Source: Utricularia gibba
Taxonomy: Eukaryota > Plantae > Magnoliophyta
Assembly (NCBI GenBank): GCA_002189035.1
Contig: NEEC01000008.1
Span: 1,922,001 to 1,986,000, forward strand
DNA length: 64,000 nt
Direction of reading: 5' to 3'
The notes under the pieces were generated by a model. The model saw only the letters and a program-made list of their open reading frames with translations. It searched no databases and was not told the DNA's origin. Of the stretch, positions 13,206 to 25,493 are shown piece after piece. A program made the position numbers and the translations under genes. Numbering within the stretch: the stretch's first letter is position 1; each line of letters begins with the position of its first letter.

Positions 13206-13940
13206 ATGCCGCCGCAGCAGAAGCTGGCGATTCCCTCGGATCGGAAGGATTTTTTGAGTCACCTTGAAATCTACTTAGCCAAGCGCGATGGCGTCGACAA
13301 GCTTCTGAAAATCTCGCGCTACGCGGCCAAGATCGTGCTCGCTTGCTCCATTGTTGACGAGTCATTCGCGGCGCGCCTCAAATCCTTCGAATCCAGCGTC
13401 GGCGTCAGCCGCAAGGCCTTTCGTCTCGGTAAATTTGTTCAAAACGTGAACGGTTTGCGCACCAGCGTCGCCCTGAGGAACTCGCTGTTCCTCTCCGTCG
13501 TCGCCTACGGTGGGGAAGGCTTCTATTATTTCATCGAGCAGTTTGTTTGGTTGGCGAAATCAGGATTAATCGATAAGAAGCATCTTCCGGTGCTGCAGAA
13601 ATGGAGCGCGTGGTGCGAGATGATCGGCTATATTGGGAGCGTAGGCTTGAAACTGAAGGAACTGAGAAAGATCGATCAAGAGGAAAGGTGCTTGTCGTCG
13701 AGCATCGAAATCGCGATCGTCAGGGGAATCGGGTGTAGCGATGAAAAGGAAAAGCTGAGGAAGCTGACAGAAAAGAAGAAGATGAAATACCTCTCGGTGA
13801 TTCAAGATTTCGCCGATGCGCTGATGGCGATGGCCGACATTCGCGACGGCCGGGGGCGGTTATCGGCGCCCGTAATCGTCTCTTCTGCTGGGCTGCTATC
13901 CGCGGTGATCAGCACCCACAAGAACTGGATTTCTTGTTGA
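13206..13940 (+). CDS. PEX11A: Peroxisomal membrane protein PEX11A
   Basis: Intronless ORF: DFLSHLEIYLAKRDGVDKLLKISRY, SVGVSRKAFRLGKF, SAGLLSAVISTHKNWISC. First ATG in frame is at 13206. Confidence 0.92.
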   Translation: MPPQQKLAIPSDRKDFLSHLEIYLAKRDGVDKLLKISRYAAKIVLACSIVDESFAARLKSFESSVGVSRKAFRLGKFVQNVNGLRTSVALRNSLFLSVVAYGGEGFYYFIEQFVWLAKSGLIDKKHLPVLQKWSAWCEMIGYIGSVGLKLKELRKIDQEERCLSSSIEIAIVRGIGCSDEKEKLRKLTEKKKMKYLSVIQDFADALMAMADIRDGRGRLSAPVIVSSAGLLSAVISTHKNWISC

Positions 13941-14222
13941 TTTTTTCTGTGCTTCATAGTTCATATTCAATAAGCATGAGCATGAATGGCAGTAACTGTG
14001 TTGGCAATTGACTGCATCTCATACATGCGATGTAACAAAAGGGGGCAACAAAAGCATTGCCATGTCTGCAAATACAAGCAAGCTATCATGGAAAAAACTG
14101 ACAGTATCTTCATACTCTATGCAGCAGCAGCATTTCATCTGTATCTTCAGTCATCTGAACAAACGTGTGCGTATGTCGTGTGTATTTACAACTCCCAATG
14201 TACCTACCTGTTCGCCTCCTGG

Positions 14223-16538
14223 CTATGGAGGTGCAAGATTGTTGAAATGGTCCCATGCTTCCTGCATCACAAGGAAGAAAGAAACAGTGTAAAATGTAGC
14301 GCCTGGAAGCTGCTGCATCATCCCTTCTTTTCTCAGGAACGTACCTGAAGAATGTCAAACACCTTTTCTGCAATGTATTTCTGATGAGAAGCAGCATTTT
14401 TCTGCTGCAGCTTATCTGGATGCAGCTGAAGCAAAGCCTTCTGATACGCTCTTTTCACTGAATTTGCTTCTAGGAGATCAACAAGCGGTACTGGGTTCCA
14501 ACCGCTTTCGGGCCACAGAACCTGATGGTTTGAGGGTTACCCTCAGTCACAAAAATGATCAACCTGATGAGGACTAGTTGCTTCAGTGGCTTACAAATTG
14601 TAAAGTTGATAGCAGGGAACGAATGTTCCCTTTCTTCCCAGCAGACCATTGCTCAATCTTGGCATCTGCAGCCTGTTTATGTTAATAGAAAACAAACTAA
14701 GAAAGTAGTTCCGTTTATGTACATCAACGAGCAAAACATACAATGTTCTCGCAACGAACTTACTTTAGGATCAAAACCTTCAGTTTCGGCAGCATTCTCA
14801 GGATCATCAGACAATACTTCAACCTGTCCAGCCATCTCAGGATTAATCATTACAAAAAAACAAAAAAAAAACGTTTTTATTGGCGTACGTTTTGAAAATG
14901 TAGGGGTGAGCAGTTATACCACAAAATTGAATTCAGTGATATCATCGTCATTTTCAAGTGAAGTGTTTGAGCCCTGCCGAGGTATCCCTGAAGGAGGAGG
15001 AAAAACTTCACACTGTGACTACAAAGTTTCATTATTGGTGTGCACATACAAAGGCCGGAGAACTAACCTAATGGAGATGGATTCTTAGCAGTGGGGTAAA
15101 AATGGTCACTTGTGTATGTCTGGGCCTTTGGTGGATGATGGTACTCTTCGTCTTCGCGCTTCAGTTTTCCATTCAAAAGAATATGTAAGTGGAGACCTGG
15201 GTGTGGCATGATACTCCAGAAAGAAAAACACGAGTACCTCAAATGAGTGATCTGGTGTATGATGAACATAATGCGAGCTAAAGTTCCCTATTGCTTTTGG
15301 AGCTTCTGGGGAAGCCCTGTTCCTACTTCTCGGGGAATCAGATTTGTTCCTCGAACCCATCATCTCAACAACTTCTCTCACTTTTCCTTTGTCCCTGCCT
15401 TTATCAACTTTCACATTATTCGCGTCGTCTCTTGCTGACATTCCTTCAGCTCCTTCCATTTTTCGGCCATCATCCGCATCATACAGACTTTCATTTGCTG
15501 GTGTACTCATTCCCCTTGTTTTCTTTACGCCCCCTTGGATCCCCTTCCGGTTCCTCACTTGGATGTCATTTAACCGGTGAGGGTTCACCATTTCATCAAT
15601 ATCATGAACTTTATCAAACAGTTCTTGATAAAAGTCCTGAAATCTTCTTGACAAGGACGCAGGACTCATATCCGACTTTCTTGCTGCTGGAGTACCACCT
15701 TTTTCACGTGCGCCAAGGACCGGAATCAGCATAGGAACTCCTTTACCAGCCCACTTATAAATAGAGAAATGGAAACGATCCTCCACATCATATTCTGCAT
15801 TCCCACTTTCCTTGTTTAAGTTTCCAGAACCGTCTTTCCCATCAGGGGTAACCAATGAAGACCAGTATTGGTATCTCACCGAAGCTTCATATGACGGAGT
15901 TTCATCATCCATCAGCATCTCTTCTTGATACTTGTCTGAAAATCTGGATGTAGTACGCAACAAACCTGGACTACTTAACCCAGTGTTACGGTAGAAAAGG
16001 TCCTTGGCTGTAATCATTTTTCTTGGCAGACTGAAAAACAACACAAGATAGCATGATAACCGAACGATTGAATATCTAGAACTACGAAACCGCTTCTCTA
16101 GCAATCAAAAACATGATGGGTGATCAAAAACATCCATAAATTAAAAGCACACACATGATTTCGGAGTTGAGGATAAGGGGAACCTGATAATAGGGGGTGA
16201 ATGACCATCCAAACTTTCAGGTATAAGAGGTGAAAGCCTAGAAGGACTAATGAACTTGGAACTTGGGCTTCTCCCATAGAGCTATGTCTTTCGTAATTGC
16301 TTCTAGGCGAGGTGAAGGTTTCATTACCTCCAAATATGTCATCATAGAAATCACCCCCAAACTGGCTTCTCGTCGACAAGCTATCATCCCCGAAAACCGG
16401 TTTCTCCTTTGGACTTCTCCAAGGATTGGAGAATCCTTCCTTTTCAGACCCCTCTGTCCCAGAAAAACTGTTCCCCATTCTATCTTGTTGCATCGAGTAC
16501 CTCCTTGGGGGACCTCCAAAAACATCATTGAAATCCAT
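14223..16538 (-). CDS. JAC1: Auxilin-like J-domain protein (JAC1-like), apparent frameshift in exon 1
   Basis: N-terminal [25 protein letters not shown]-terminal J-domain [43 protein letters not shown] with intact HPD. Exon 1 needs one extra base near 16273-16275. Confidence 0.82.
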
Positions 16539-18300
16539 GCTTTTAAGACCTTGCAAACCGGAAGATATTCAAAAGAGTCAGTTTGCAGGATAAGGAATTT
16601 GATATCTGCAAGTTCCGTTTCCCTTTCCTCCTCTTTCAAAAGAATTTAGTAGACCAAAGGAATGATGACGGGTAGGGAGAAAAGAACAATATTCTGGGCC
16701 CTGCAGTGGGGTTTTGGCTGTGGAAATGGCGAGGAGAAACTGCAACCACAGGATGAGATCCCCGCCACATTATCTGATGAAAACAGTTGCTCAAAGGCTA
16801 TGAAGATTCCAAGTTTGGATTTTTCCCACAACTAGCTGCTGGTTTTTGGTGGATGCTGGCTGATATTATTCCACGTTATGGTAGAGGCCAAACCGCGGGC
16901 ACGGTGGATTGCGTTGGCACCCAACGATCTCCAAGTACGCCTCAAGCAGACTCCTTCTAATCACCTAAAAGGATAACTGCATAGCGCCGGAAATTGACAG
17001 GTTAATTAGAAAATATCTTCAAGTTACTATACACAGTATAGCAAACGTACTAGCGAACGCTTTGGTTTCATTCGGAAGAGCATGATTCGTGCCAAAAAAA
17101 AAAAGCGAATTTGGAAAACTACCGACAGTAGGGCAGAGAAATCTTGAATCAGAAAGAATTAAACAAAGTGGTAACTAATCAGAGAAATTACTCGGGTAAT
17201 TAAAAACTGTGTAAATCAGTGAAGAAAGAAAGAAAGAAAGAGTTGGGACCGGTGTTGAATACCTCAGAGCTGAAAGTAAATAGAGAGAATGGGTGATAGG
17301 AGTGAGCACCGAACATCATCAAAAAAGCATCCTTGGTTACAGCTATACGGTCAAATCAAACAAGGAGATAGGCCTGTATCAGATAGTGAAAGAAGACGAA
17401 AACTTCAGTAAAAACAAGAACTACAGGAATAGCACCAGAATGATCTGAAAAAACAGAATCATTAACATACATATTCGAAGCAATAGATGGTAGAAACCTG
17501 CAAACAGTACAATACAGCACAATATTGTTAAGCTTTCTAGTGCACCATCACATGGAAAATACCAGTTTCTACATTAACTCTTTGTGAATGGTATATGCTT
17601 GACATAATGGATAACGGATGTGCTACATTCATTCCCATCACAGAGTCCCATCAAGCCGGTTACGCGTTGCAGATGAATAATTCACTGTGATCAGTGAATA
17701 AGGGATATCAGTATTTGTATATCCACCAGTATACACTTGTCTGTAGGCATGTACAACACCCCTTACTAACATCTGAATCAGAGTAGCACCTGTATATTGC
17801 GCACATGGACATGTCAATTAAGCGCAATAAAGCAGCAATAAAGCGCGGTTTGGGAAACAATCTTGTGGCAGAAGCCCATTCCAACATCCGAATTCTAAGA
17901 CAAAAAACAGCAGCACATGTATCTTATATTCCACTAATCAATCTATCTGATCGCTTAGTATATATATCTGTCACATACTGCACAGAAAAGTTCACAGGAA
18001 ACTCTAAAGCAGAAAGCCAACGACGGGCAGTTTCTCAGTTCCATTAAAATAACAATGGCAGAAACAAATTCCACAGAAACCACAAGAAGTTTTTTCAGGT
18101 CCAAGCAAATAACAATGGCAGCGTCAATCTACACCAGAAGAAAAGGGAGAAAGCAAAATTCCCCCACCCCGTAATCGCAATTCCCCACCCACCATCTTAA
18201 TCCAAATCATTTTCAGTAGCACCTTCGCGCTCACCTGCACCCCGAAGACATACCGTTTCGAAAAAACAAGCTTTCAACCCAGCATACCCTTTAGTAATAG

Positions 18301-18557
18301 CATCTTTAATGATTTAGGTAAATATTGATATGGCATTTTTGAAAATGAGATAAATGTTTTTGAAATGATTAAACTTTTTTTTTATTTTTTTTCGAAAACG
18401 AAAAATGAGTAAACTCGATTTACTTTCAAAAATGATTTAAAATGTAATTTTTAGTATTTATTTTAATATTATGATTTTCGAAAATAAGTATAAAAAAAAT
18501 TCAATAACTCAATTTTCAAAAATGTTATGTCACTATTTTCGTAAACCAGTAATGATG
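18301..18557. mobile_element. Putative MITE/foldback element with ~50-bp terminal inverted repeats
   Basis: Left CATCTTTAATGATTTAGGTAAATATTGATATGGCATTTTTGAAAAT aligns to the reverse complement of the right end, CATCATTACTGGTTTACGAAAATAGTGACATAACATTTTTGAAAAT. Interior is AT-rich and non-coding; no clear TSD. Confidence 0.55.
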
Positions 18558-19778
18558 TTCTAACCCACGACTTACTTTCATTTCTCATTTCCATTGAAGC
18601 TTATAAATATTTTTTTTGGCATTTTAAACTATTTTTTTTATTATTAATTACATCAATGCAACTACAAAATAATATAACTGGAATAAATAATAATTAACTT
18701 GTGCGGTGAATGCGTGTGAATTCTATATTCTTTCCCGAATGACTTTAACTGTACTTATTAGAAATCGATACCTAATAATTTATTAATATTATATGTATAA
18801 ATTAAAACCTAAAAGAATATTCTGTCAAAGATCCCCATTCAATTAAAAGATGTGGAAAAAATATCAAAGAAGAATATTATAAGATTTGCATATAAATATT
18901 TTATCCAATCTAACTAAATAAATTCAATATAAAAATGTGAATCTTCTCTTTATAAAGGTACTTCTTCCTCAACTATTAAAATGTATGTTATGATCATTCT
19001 TCCCTTTTACTTTTCGTTTTTTCATGTTTTTTATATTTTAAAATCTAGTGTGTATACTTTATTATATTTTTTATATTTAATTTTAAAGTTCATTTTAGTT
19101 TTTTTTACGAATATATGAAAAAAATCGAAGATTAAATTGAAATTTATTTAAGAATAATAATTCAATCAGATATCTTTGTTAATACACACATTTGACCTAA
19201 TATATCTATGAAGATGTAAATTACAAAACTTCAAATCAAATTTGAAAAAAAACATAAGTTATCATGAAAAAAAAAATGATTTTGATCACATGATTGATTT
19301 GTATTCCAACTAAATAAAATATATTAATATAATGATTATCGATTAGTATTATATTTTAAAATAATATCCTTAGAAATTTTTTTGCAGTAGTCAATCCTTA
19401 AACCTTAAAGATATATCCATATAAACAAGGTTTTACATTGATAGAACCTTAATTTAGAATCATTAACTCTACTTGCAGACTTATTATAAATAAAGTGACA
19501 TATTAACCAATGCATTATAAAATGAAGATATTATAAACAAAAACAAAACTTAGCAAAGGGACCGGACCCCACATGATGGTAGTAACATAAAAAATAACCG
19601 ACCGTACGGAGGTTAAGGTGTCCCAATGATGGAGGGGAGGCGTTTTAGGGAATAAAAATGAAGTACAGCTACAGTAATAGTAACAAGGCTGTGTCTGAAG
19701 GAAGAACATGGGGGTGGCAGGGGCACATTAACTCCCGACCCCGACCTCTCATCGCCGCCCCATGCATGCATCGTTGTC

Positions 19779-19808
19779 GCCCCCCGCCCCCGCCCCCGCC
19801 CCCGCCCC
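19779..19808 (-). repeat. (GGGGGC)n hexamer run, G-quadruplex-forming motif on minus strand
   Basis: Plus strand GCCCCCCGCCCCCGCCCCCGCCCCCGCCCC gives five runs of at least 4 G with 1-nt loops on the minus strand. Confidence 0.8.
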
Positions 19809-20242
19809 TCTGTGAAATGGGTTGGTTATTCATTTCATTCCATTACACACATTCTGGGAATGAGGATCATTTTTCATGCAATAAATTACTAAAATGATTA
19901 ACGGAATAACCTGTCACTACATCTACTGGATTAGTAGGGGTAGCCATCTTCCACGTCATCCATTCGGACATGTGTATGAACCGGGCACATCACCTCCTTT
20001 TCCGAGTGAGCTGTACGCAATTAGGAGACACGTAGACCATCCACATCTGAAATTTGATTTTAATTTATAAAATTTGGAACTTGGATTAAAAAATCATCAT
20101 ATGCCTTTGAAAGTTTCAAACTTTGATTTGACCCGGTTCGGAACTCGACCGGTCGTGACTCGGGCACGAGGGGTTGGGGTTGATGATATGATATGCAGGT
20201 GAACCAAGGGGAAAAAATATTACAAGGGAAAAGGAAGTGGAG

Positions 20243-21918
20243 CTATAGAGCGGATGGCTTTCGATCCGAGGAATCGTCGTCCCATGCAGTGATGCCGGAG
20301 TACATGGCGGAGAGAGTGTCGCTGGACAGATCTGCGGCGCCGGCAATTGAGCTCAAGAAACCGCTACTTCCCATCCCGAGACCGAGGAAGTCCAGTGTCG
20401 CTGTACCGGCCTCACCCGAATGTCTCAAAATTGATTCGTCGAAGGGGGACGGAAAACTCCATTTCGAGGCGGCGGAGACCGACGCCGCGGCCATGGTGGA
20501 GATACCGGCAGTTGGCGGTGGCGGGCAGGAGGACTGCTGAATGTGTGGAGAACGGAGGAATTGGAGGTGGTTGTTCCCATCTGGGTTGCTTTCTGCAGCA
20601 ATGCGGTGGCGGATAATACCGGCGGCGAGTTTGGGATGTAGGTCGGTCGGGGATTTTGTGGGGCTCCCGGGAATGAAGATAATACGCCGTACAGAGAAGG
20701 TGACAGTGTCAGCGAGACGGAATCGCTGATTGGTCGGAACAGCCTCGGGTAACACCGCCGCGGATTAAGCGACTGACTCATTTCCGATGAACCCACCGTG
20801 CAGAAGCTCCGGTCAGATGCTCCCCGCAGGAGCTCGAAACCGTCGCCACCGCAACATTCGGCCCAGTTAGCGACTGAAATTGGGCGGCGCCACGACTTCC
20901 TTGCAACTCTGACTCAGCGCACAATCCAAGTAAATTTCAGCAACAACAAAACAAAAATTATAGCCATTAATTACAGGCGGGCGGAATACTATGAGCCCAT
21001 TCAGGATCTAAGCGGTACCTGAACTATGAGCAGATAGAATTGGAGATAAGACTCCAGGAGGAGGAGTAAGCGGCGGCGGCGGAGAACTGGTAGCTGAAGG
21101 CGGCTGCCTCAAAATCTGAGCGTTCACCTCTGCGGCGGGACCCGACCGCGCAGTTTCCTGCGCCAAGGCATCACAGAAAGCTCTGTGCGTAATAAAACTA
21201 TCCCTTCTGCGAAAATCAAACACACCAAACAAATCAATTTCGCCGTCTGCTTCACAACCTGAAGAAGTGAAATCAAATCACGCACCTGGAAAACAAGGTA
21301 CCGCAGTCACACCGATACTCACGAGTCCCACAAGTTTTGACATGGGCCTTCAAATCGGAGAGTACTGCGTATTTCTTGGAACACCTATCGCACCTATGCT
21401 TCTTCTCGCCGTGCTTCCGTGAGAAATGCTTCTTAATCCCTGTAAGATCGCCGAGAGCTCTAGCGGGATCATGGTGGACGCACGTCGGTTCCGGGCAAAC
21501 ATACACTCGTTTCCTAACGTCTTTGCTTGTCCGCTGACGAAGCTTCCACGGCAAGTTATGGCCGCGGCGGTGGAGTTGCAGATTTTGGTCTCGCTGGAAT
21601 CCCTTGTTGCAGATCTCGCAAACGAATCTGTTTGTTGCCAGAAGTGCTTTCGGTGATAAAGCAACTACTTCCGCATCTGGATCTGTTACAAAAACACAAA
21701 CCCATACAATCAAGAGGGAAATAAGAGATGACTGCTACCAGAGAGAGTAGAATATCTGTGATACCTCGCGCCCCCGGAAAATTCCTCCTTTTCTTGGTTT
21801 CAATAACAGGGAGCTTGGACGACTCATGGATAAGTTCACCAGCTTCCTCCATGGGAGGACACTGATCATACGAAAGCTCACGCAAACAGCTTTCTTCCAC
21901 TTCCTCTTCGTCCTCCAT
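20243..21918 (-). CDS. IDD: INDETERMINATE DOMAIN C2H2/C2HC zinc-finger transcription factor, last exon apparently frameshifted twice
   Basis: ID domain FVCEICNKGFQRDQNLQLHRRGHNLPWKL..TREYRCDCGTLFSRRDSFITHRAFCDAL. Exons 21918-21765, 21683-21286, 21205-21019, ~20908-20243. SATALLQKATQMG and TLDFLG motifs are in different frames. Confidence 0.85.
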
Positions 21919-22146
21919 CAACTCAGCACCATGAAAACGTCAGCGTTTTGGAACCTCAGGCGTTTTTAACTGGCGAGATGAAATAGGAAAAGAACAAGTG
22001 ATGAGGCAAGCGGCGGGGAGATGAGAAGAGAGCCAGGAGAGGAGGACGATGGTTAAGGAAAAACTACTTAACCGTGGTTGGGTTTGATGGCATGCGACTG
22101 CAGGAGCCGTGGCCCTCCATCGACAGAGCCACCTCTACAACCGACG

Positions 22147-22187
22147 ACGTGGATACGCACGTGGTGAAGTCGCCTCCGTCCACGTGG
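22147..22187. promoter_or_regulatory. G-box/ABRE-core cluster upstream of the IDD gene
   Basis: ACGTGG at 22147, CACGTG at 22158 and CACGTGG at 22181, about 230-270 bp upstream of the ATG. Confidence 0.45.
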
Positions 22188-23105
22188 ACAGATCTGTGCC
22201 ATCCGACACTTGGCGGGTGGACTCCCCTACATCTAGTATCTACACTCCCTTTATTTTATCATATCCACCAACTTGTCAATGTTGCGATTTTCAAAAAAAA
22301 AAACATTATCTTAATAAACAAGTATATGATTATCATTATTATTATTGAGATATATATTTACCTTCCAAAACCGTTAATTTGACAAATCTTATGCAAAATA
22401 AACGACGACTCGCTTTTTGTAGGAAACATACGCAGGGAATGTGTGTCAATTGTCACGTATCATATTCATTGTTTTTTCGATAATAAAAAGGTTGAAAATT
22501 TTAATTTTGAATACAAGATTAAAATAATATCTACGTAATTATTTATAATATTAAATATAGTAACATCTATCGTATGTAATTATTGATAATTTATAAATTA
22601 TAATTTCTATTGAACCAATGCAATCGTTGCATAAAAAACATCATTATATTACGTGCAATAAGAATGATCACGATTTGTAAGATATCGTAACATTTATACT
22701 GTATTTATCCCATATGTCTTTAAAATCTAACATAAATCTTGTGAGATCTAACCTTTATTGGATGATCTGGTTTTCATGTACTAATGTAATATAATCGAAA
22801 CAAGCTTTGAAACGGTATGTTTTATATAGCAAGAATCAATATCCACATAACATACTCTTTTGAAGCCTGTTCCAAACAAATTGCATTGGTACATAAAATA
22901 CCGCATGGATTGGAGAATTCTTGGCTTTTGGGAGGTATGAAAATATTTTTCTAACTACACACAAATGGAAGGCGTAGCGTAGGCATTAGAGTCAAAGAAA
23001 GAAACATGGTGAAATGTAACAGGTATCCGGAAAAGATTTAACGTCGCATCACAAGGGAGTGTGATGGATGACACCCAAGCTGTGTGAATGGAAGCAGTTA
23101 GCAAA

Positions 23106-23127
23106 ACTACTACTACTACTACTACTA
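23106..23127. repeat. (ACT)7 microsatellite
   Basis: Direct reading of the sequence. Confidence 0.9.
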
Positions 23128-25030
23128 ACCCCCTTCCTTCAGTCTTCTCTTTTCTGAATGCAGGCGTATGTCTCCGAGGAGACGCAGTTGTAATGACAGT
23201 AGGAGGAGGAGGAGGAGCAGTGGCAGGGTTAGATTGGTCCAGGACAGGCCTTTTCTAGGATCAGGTCCAAACACACATCCCCCCGCTGCCACCTACAGGT
23301 TTCATTTTCGGGGGAGCTCACAGAATCTAATAAAATAAAAACCAAGACAGGGATTGGATTTTGATGTCCGCCTTCTCAAATCCCATCCCATCCCACACTC
23401 TTTCAACCACCATGTAAGAACATCCCTTGAAGCACGATGTAAGAACATCAGCAGGGAAGGAGTAAGAAGAAGAAGAGGAGGAGGGCAGACAGACATGGGA
23501 CACAACCCAGAAAACCCGTAATCACGACCGGGTCCACTCCAAATCCCAAGCCAGGTTGGATGCAACCAAAACAGACCAGGGGGTTATTCGGTATTTAGCC
23601 GGTTTCTTCCCTTTCCAATCCAATTTCATGTGTTTTCACCGCTACCTAGAGTAGATTCGGGAAAGGGATGGGGACCATAATCATTTTCTTTTCTTTTCTT
23701 TTCCTTGGATGAACTCTGTGCCGGAACATGGTACCTGTACCTCACATGCCCGTGCTTACCCATCTCCGATCCCAAAATTATTTAACACAACAATCTGTAC
23801 TCGTATTATACATGTGTGTCCAAGAGCAGCTCATGATAACAACTTTTGACTGAATCGCCCCACCCCTTTTCAAAATCTGAATGATGGAATATGCAGTGCA
23901 CAGAAGCCATCTCTTCTTTTATTTGTCTGAATACTAAACGTTGGGTGTCTGTCTGATCCGAGTTCTAGAGTGTTGTTTGGGCAACGTGCGTGAAATCCGA
24001 CCTGTCATCGGAAACTGAAACTGGGTTCGCCCGCCCACAAAACAAATGGAACTCATCTAATGCACGTTACTCTTGCTGATGGCTACGGGTCCCAACAAAT
24101 CGCCGTCTCCCTGTCCGCATCGCCGCTCAACCATGTAATAACTTACTTGTTTCTATGATGTTTTAATTTAATCCTTATTAAATATGAATGGGATTAGTTT
24201 ACATAAAAATAAATTATTTGAAAATATTTTGTATTTATAATTGAATTTACATACAATATCTATATAGATGATTGGAGTGAGAACTTTTTCGGAATATAAA
24301 AAGTAATAGTATATTTTCTGATCATGGTATTAATTTATAATAGTAAATAAATGAAACGAACCGTAGGATGAAAACAGTAGCCCATTGGGATGCTATTGGG
24401 CCATTTCGCCCAATTTTGTTCTTACTTGGACTATACAATACCGTCCGGAAGTGAACCCTAGTGTGCTGTGTCGCCTACGGCTCTCTAGTCTGGCCCGTAA
24501 AAATTCGTTGATTTTAAGAATTCAATTTTATATGGTGTGTTATTTTAAAATATATACACATTTTACAAATTCATACAATTACAAATGAAAAAAAATTAAT
24601 TTATCAAATACAACACTTAACTTAAAAAAATTCATTAATACCTAAAAAATAATGTCAACAAACATGAAACAATATAATAAAAAGTTTCAATTTAATAAAA
24701 TATGCATAAATTACACTAGTCTAAACATCAAAGTCATTGTTTAATCATAAATCAAAGTGATTCAATTCCTATTATCATTCCTTTGTTCTTTTTCATATAT
24801 GCATGCACCTTGCACCCATCCCATGAATCACACACTTGATGTGCATCCAGTGCGTGATTTTCCGTGAATTGTAGGGAATCATGCAACGTAGTGAATAAAT
24901 TGTGTGAAGTAAAAACGTGAAATTGTTAATATATTAATATATATTATTTAATATAAAGTAACATTATAAAGAGTCTTGAATATAGATTTCATTGGAATTT
25001 AGAAAAAGCTTTCATGTTTATTACAACTTA

Positions 25031-25198
25031 GAGTATGCTTAGTACATGGATAAATTATATCAAAGATAACAAAAGGTATATAAAGAGAAAGTATATAACA
25101 GTATAATTTTATTCTAATTACTCTACTTCTATTATTTTATTATATATTCATGGTGTAAATTATTCTGATTATGATTTATCCTATCTACCAAACATTCT
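25031..25198. mobile_element. Possible decayed Tourist-like MITE upstream of the PPR gene
   Basis: Left ATGCTTAGTACATGGATAAAT vs reverse complement of right end ATGTTTGGTAGATAGGATAAAT. AT-rich ~170 bp, TTA to the left; TSD not clean. Confidence 0.35.
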
Positions 25199-25493
25199 AT
25201 ATTTCTTTTTTTCATTTAATTACTCCATTTATCCTCTCTACAAAACACAGGGTTAAGGTGTAACACATGGAAAAACGTGGTGTCGTTAATTTCCATGAGA
25301 TGTCTATGAAAGCGGTCGCGCCACGTTCCATTTCCGATCCGGATTCAGGGTTACGACCCGCAGCGGGATTCCAGAAGTGGGCAGGGCCCAATCTCCTTCG
25401 ACAGCTCGCACTCTCCTTTTCCCATGTTTCTCTTTGGTACAAGGGAAACTCGCGCTTTTGGCCGGAAACACAACACGTCAGATTGGTTCATCT

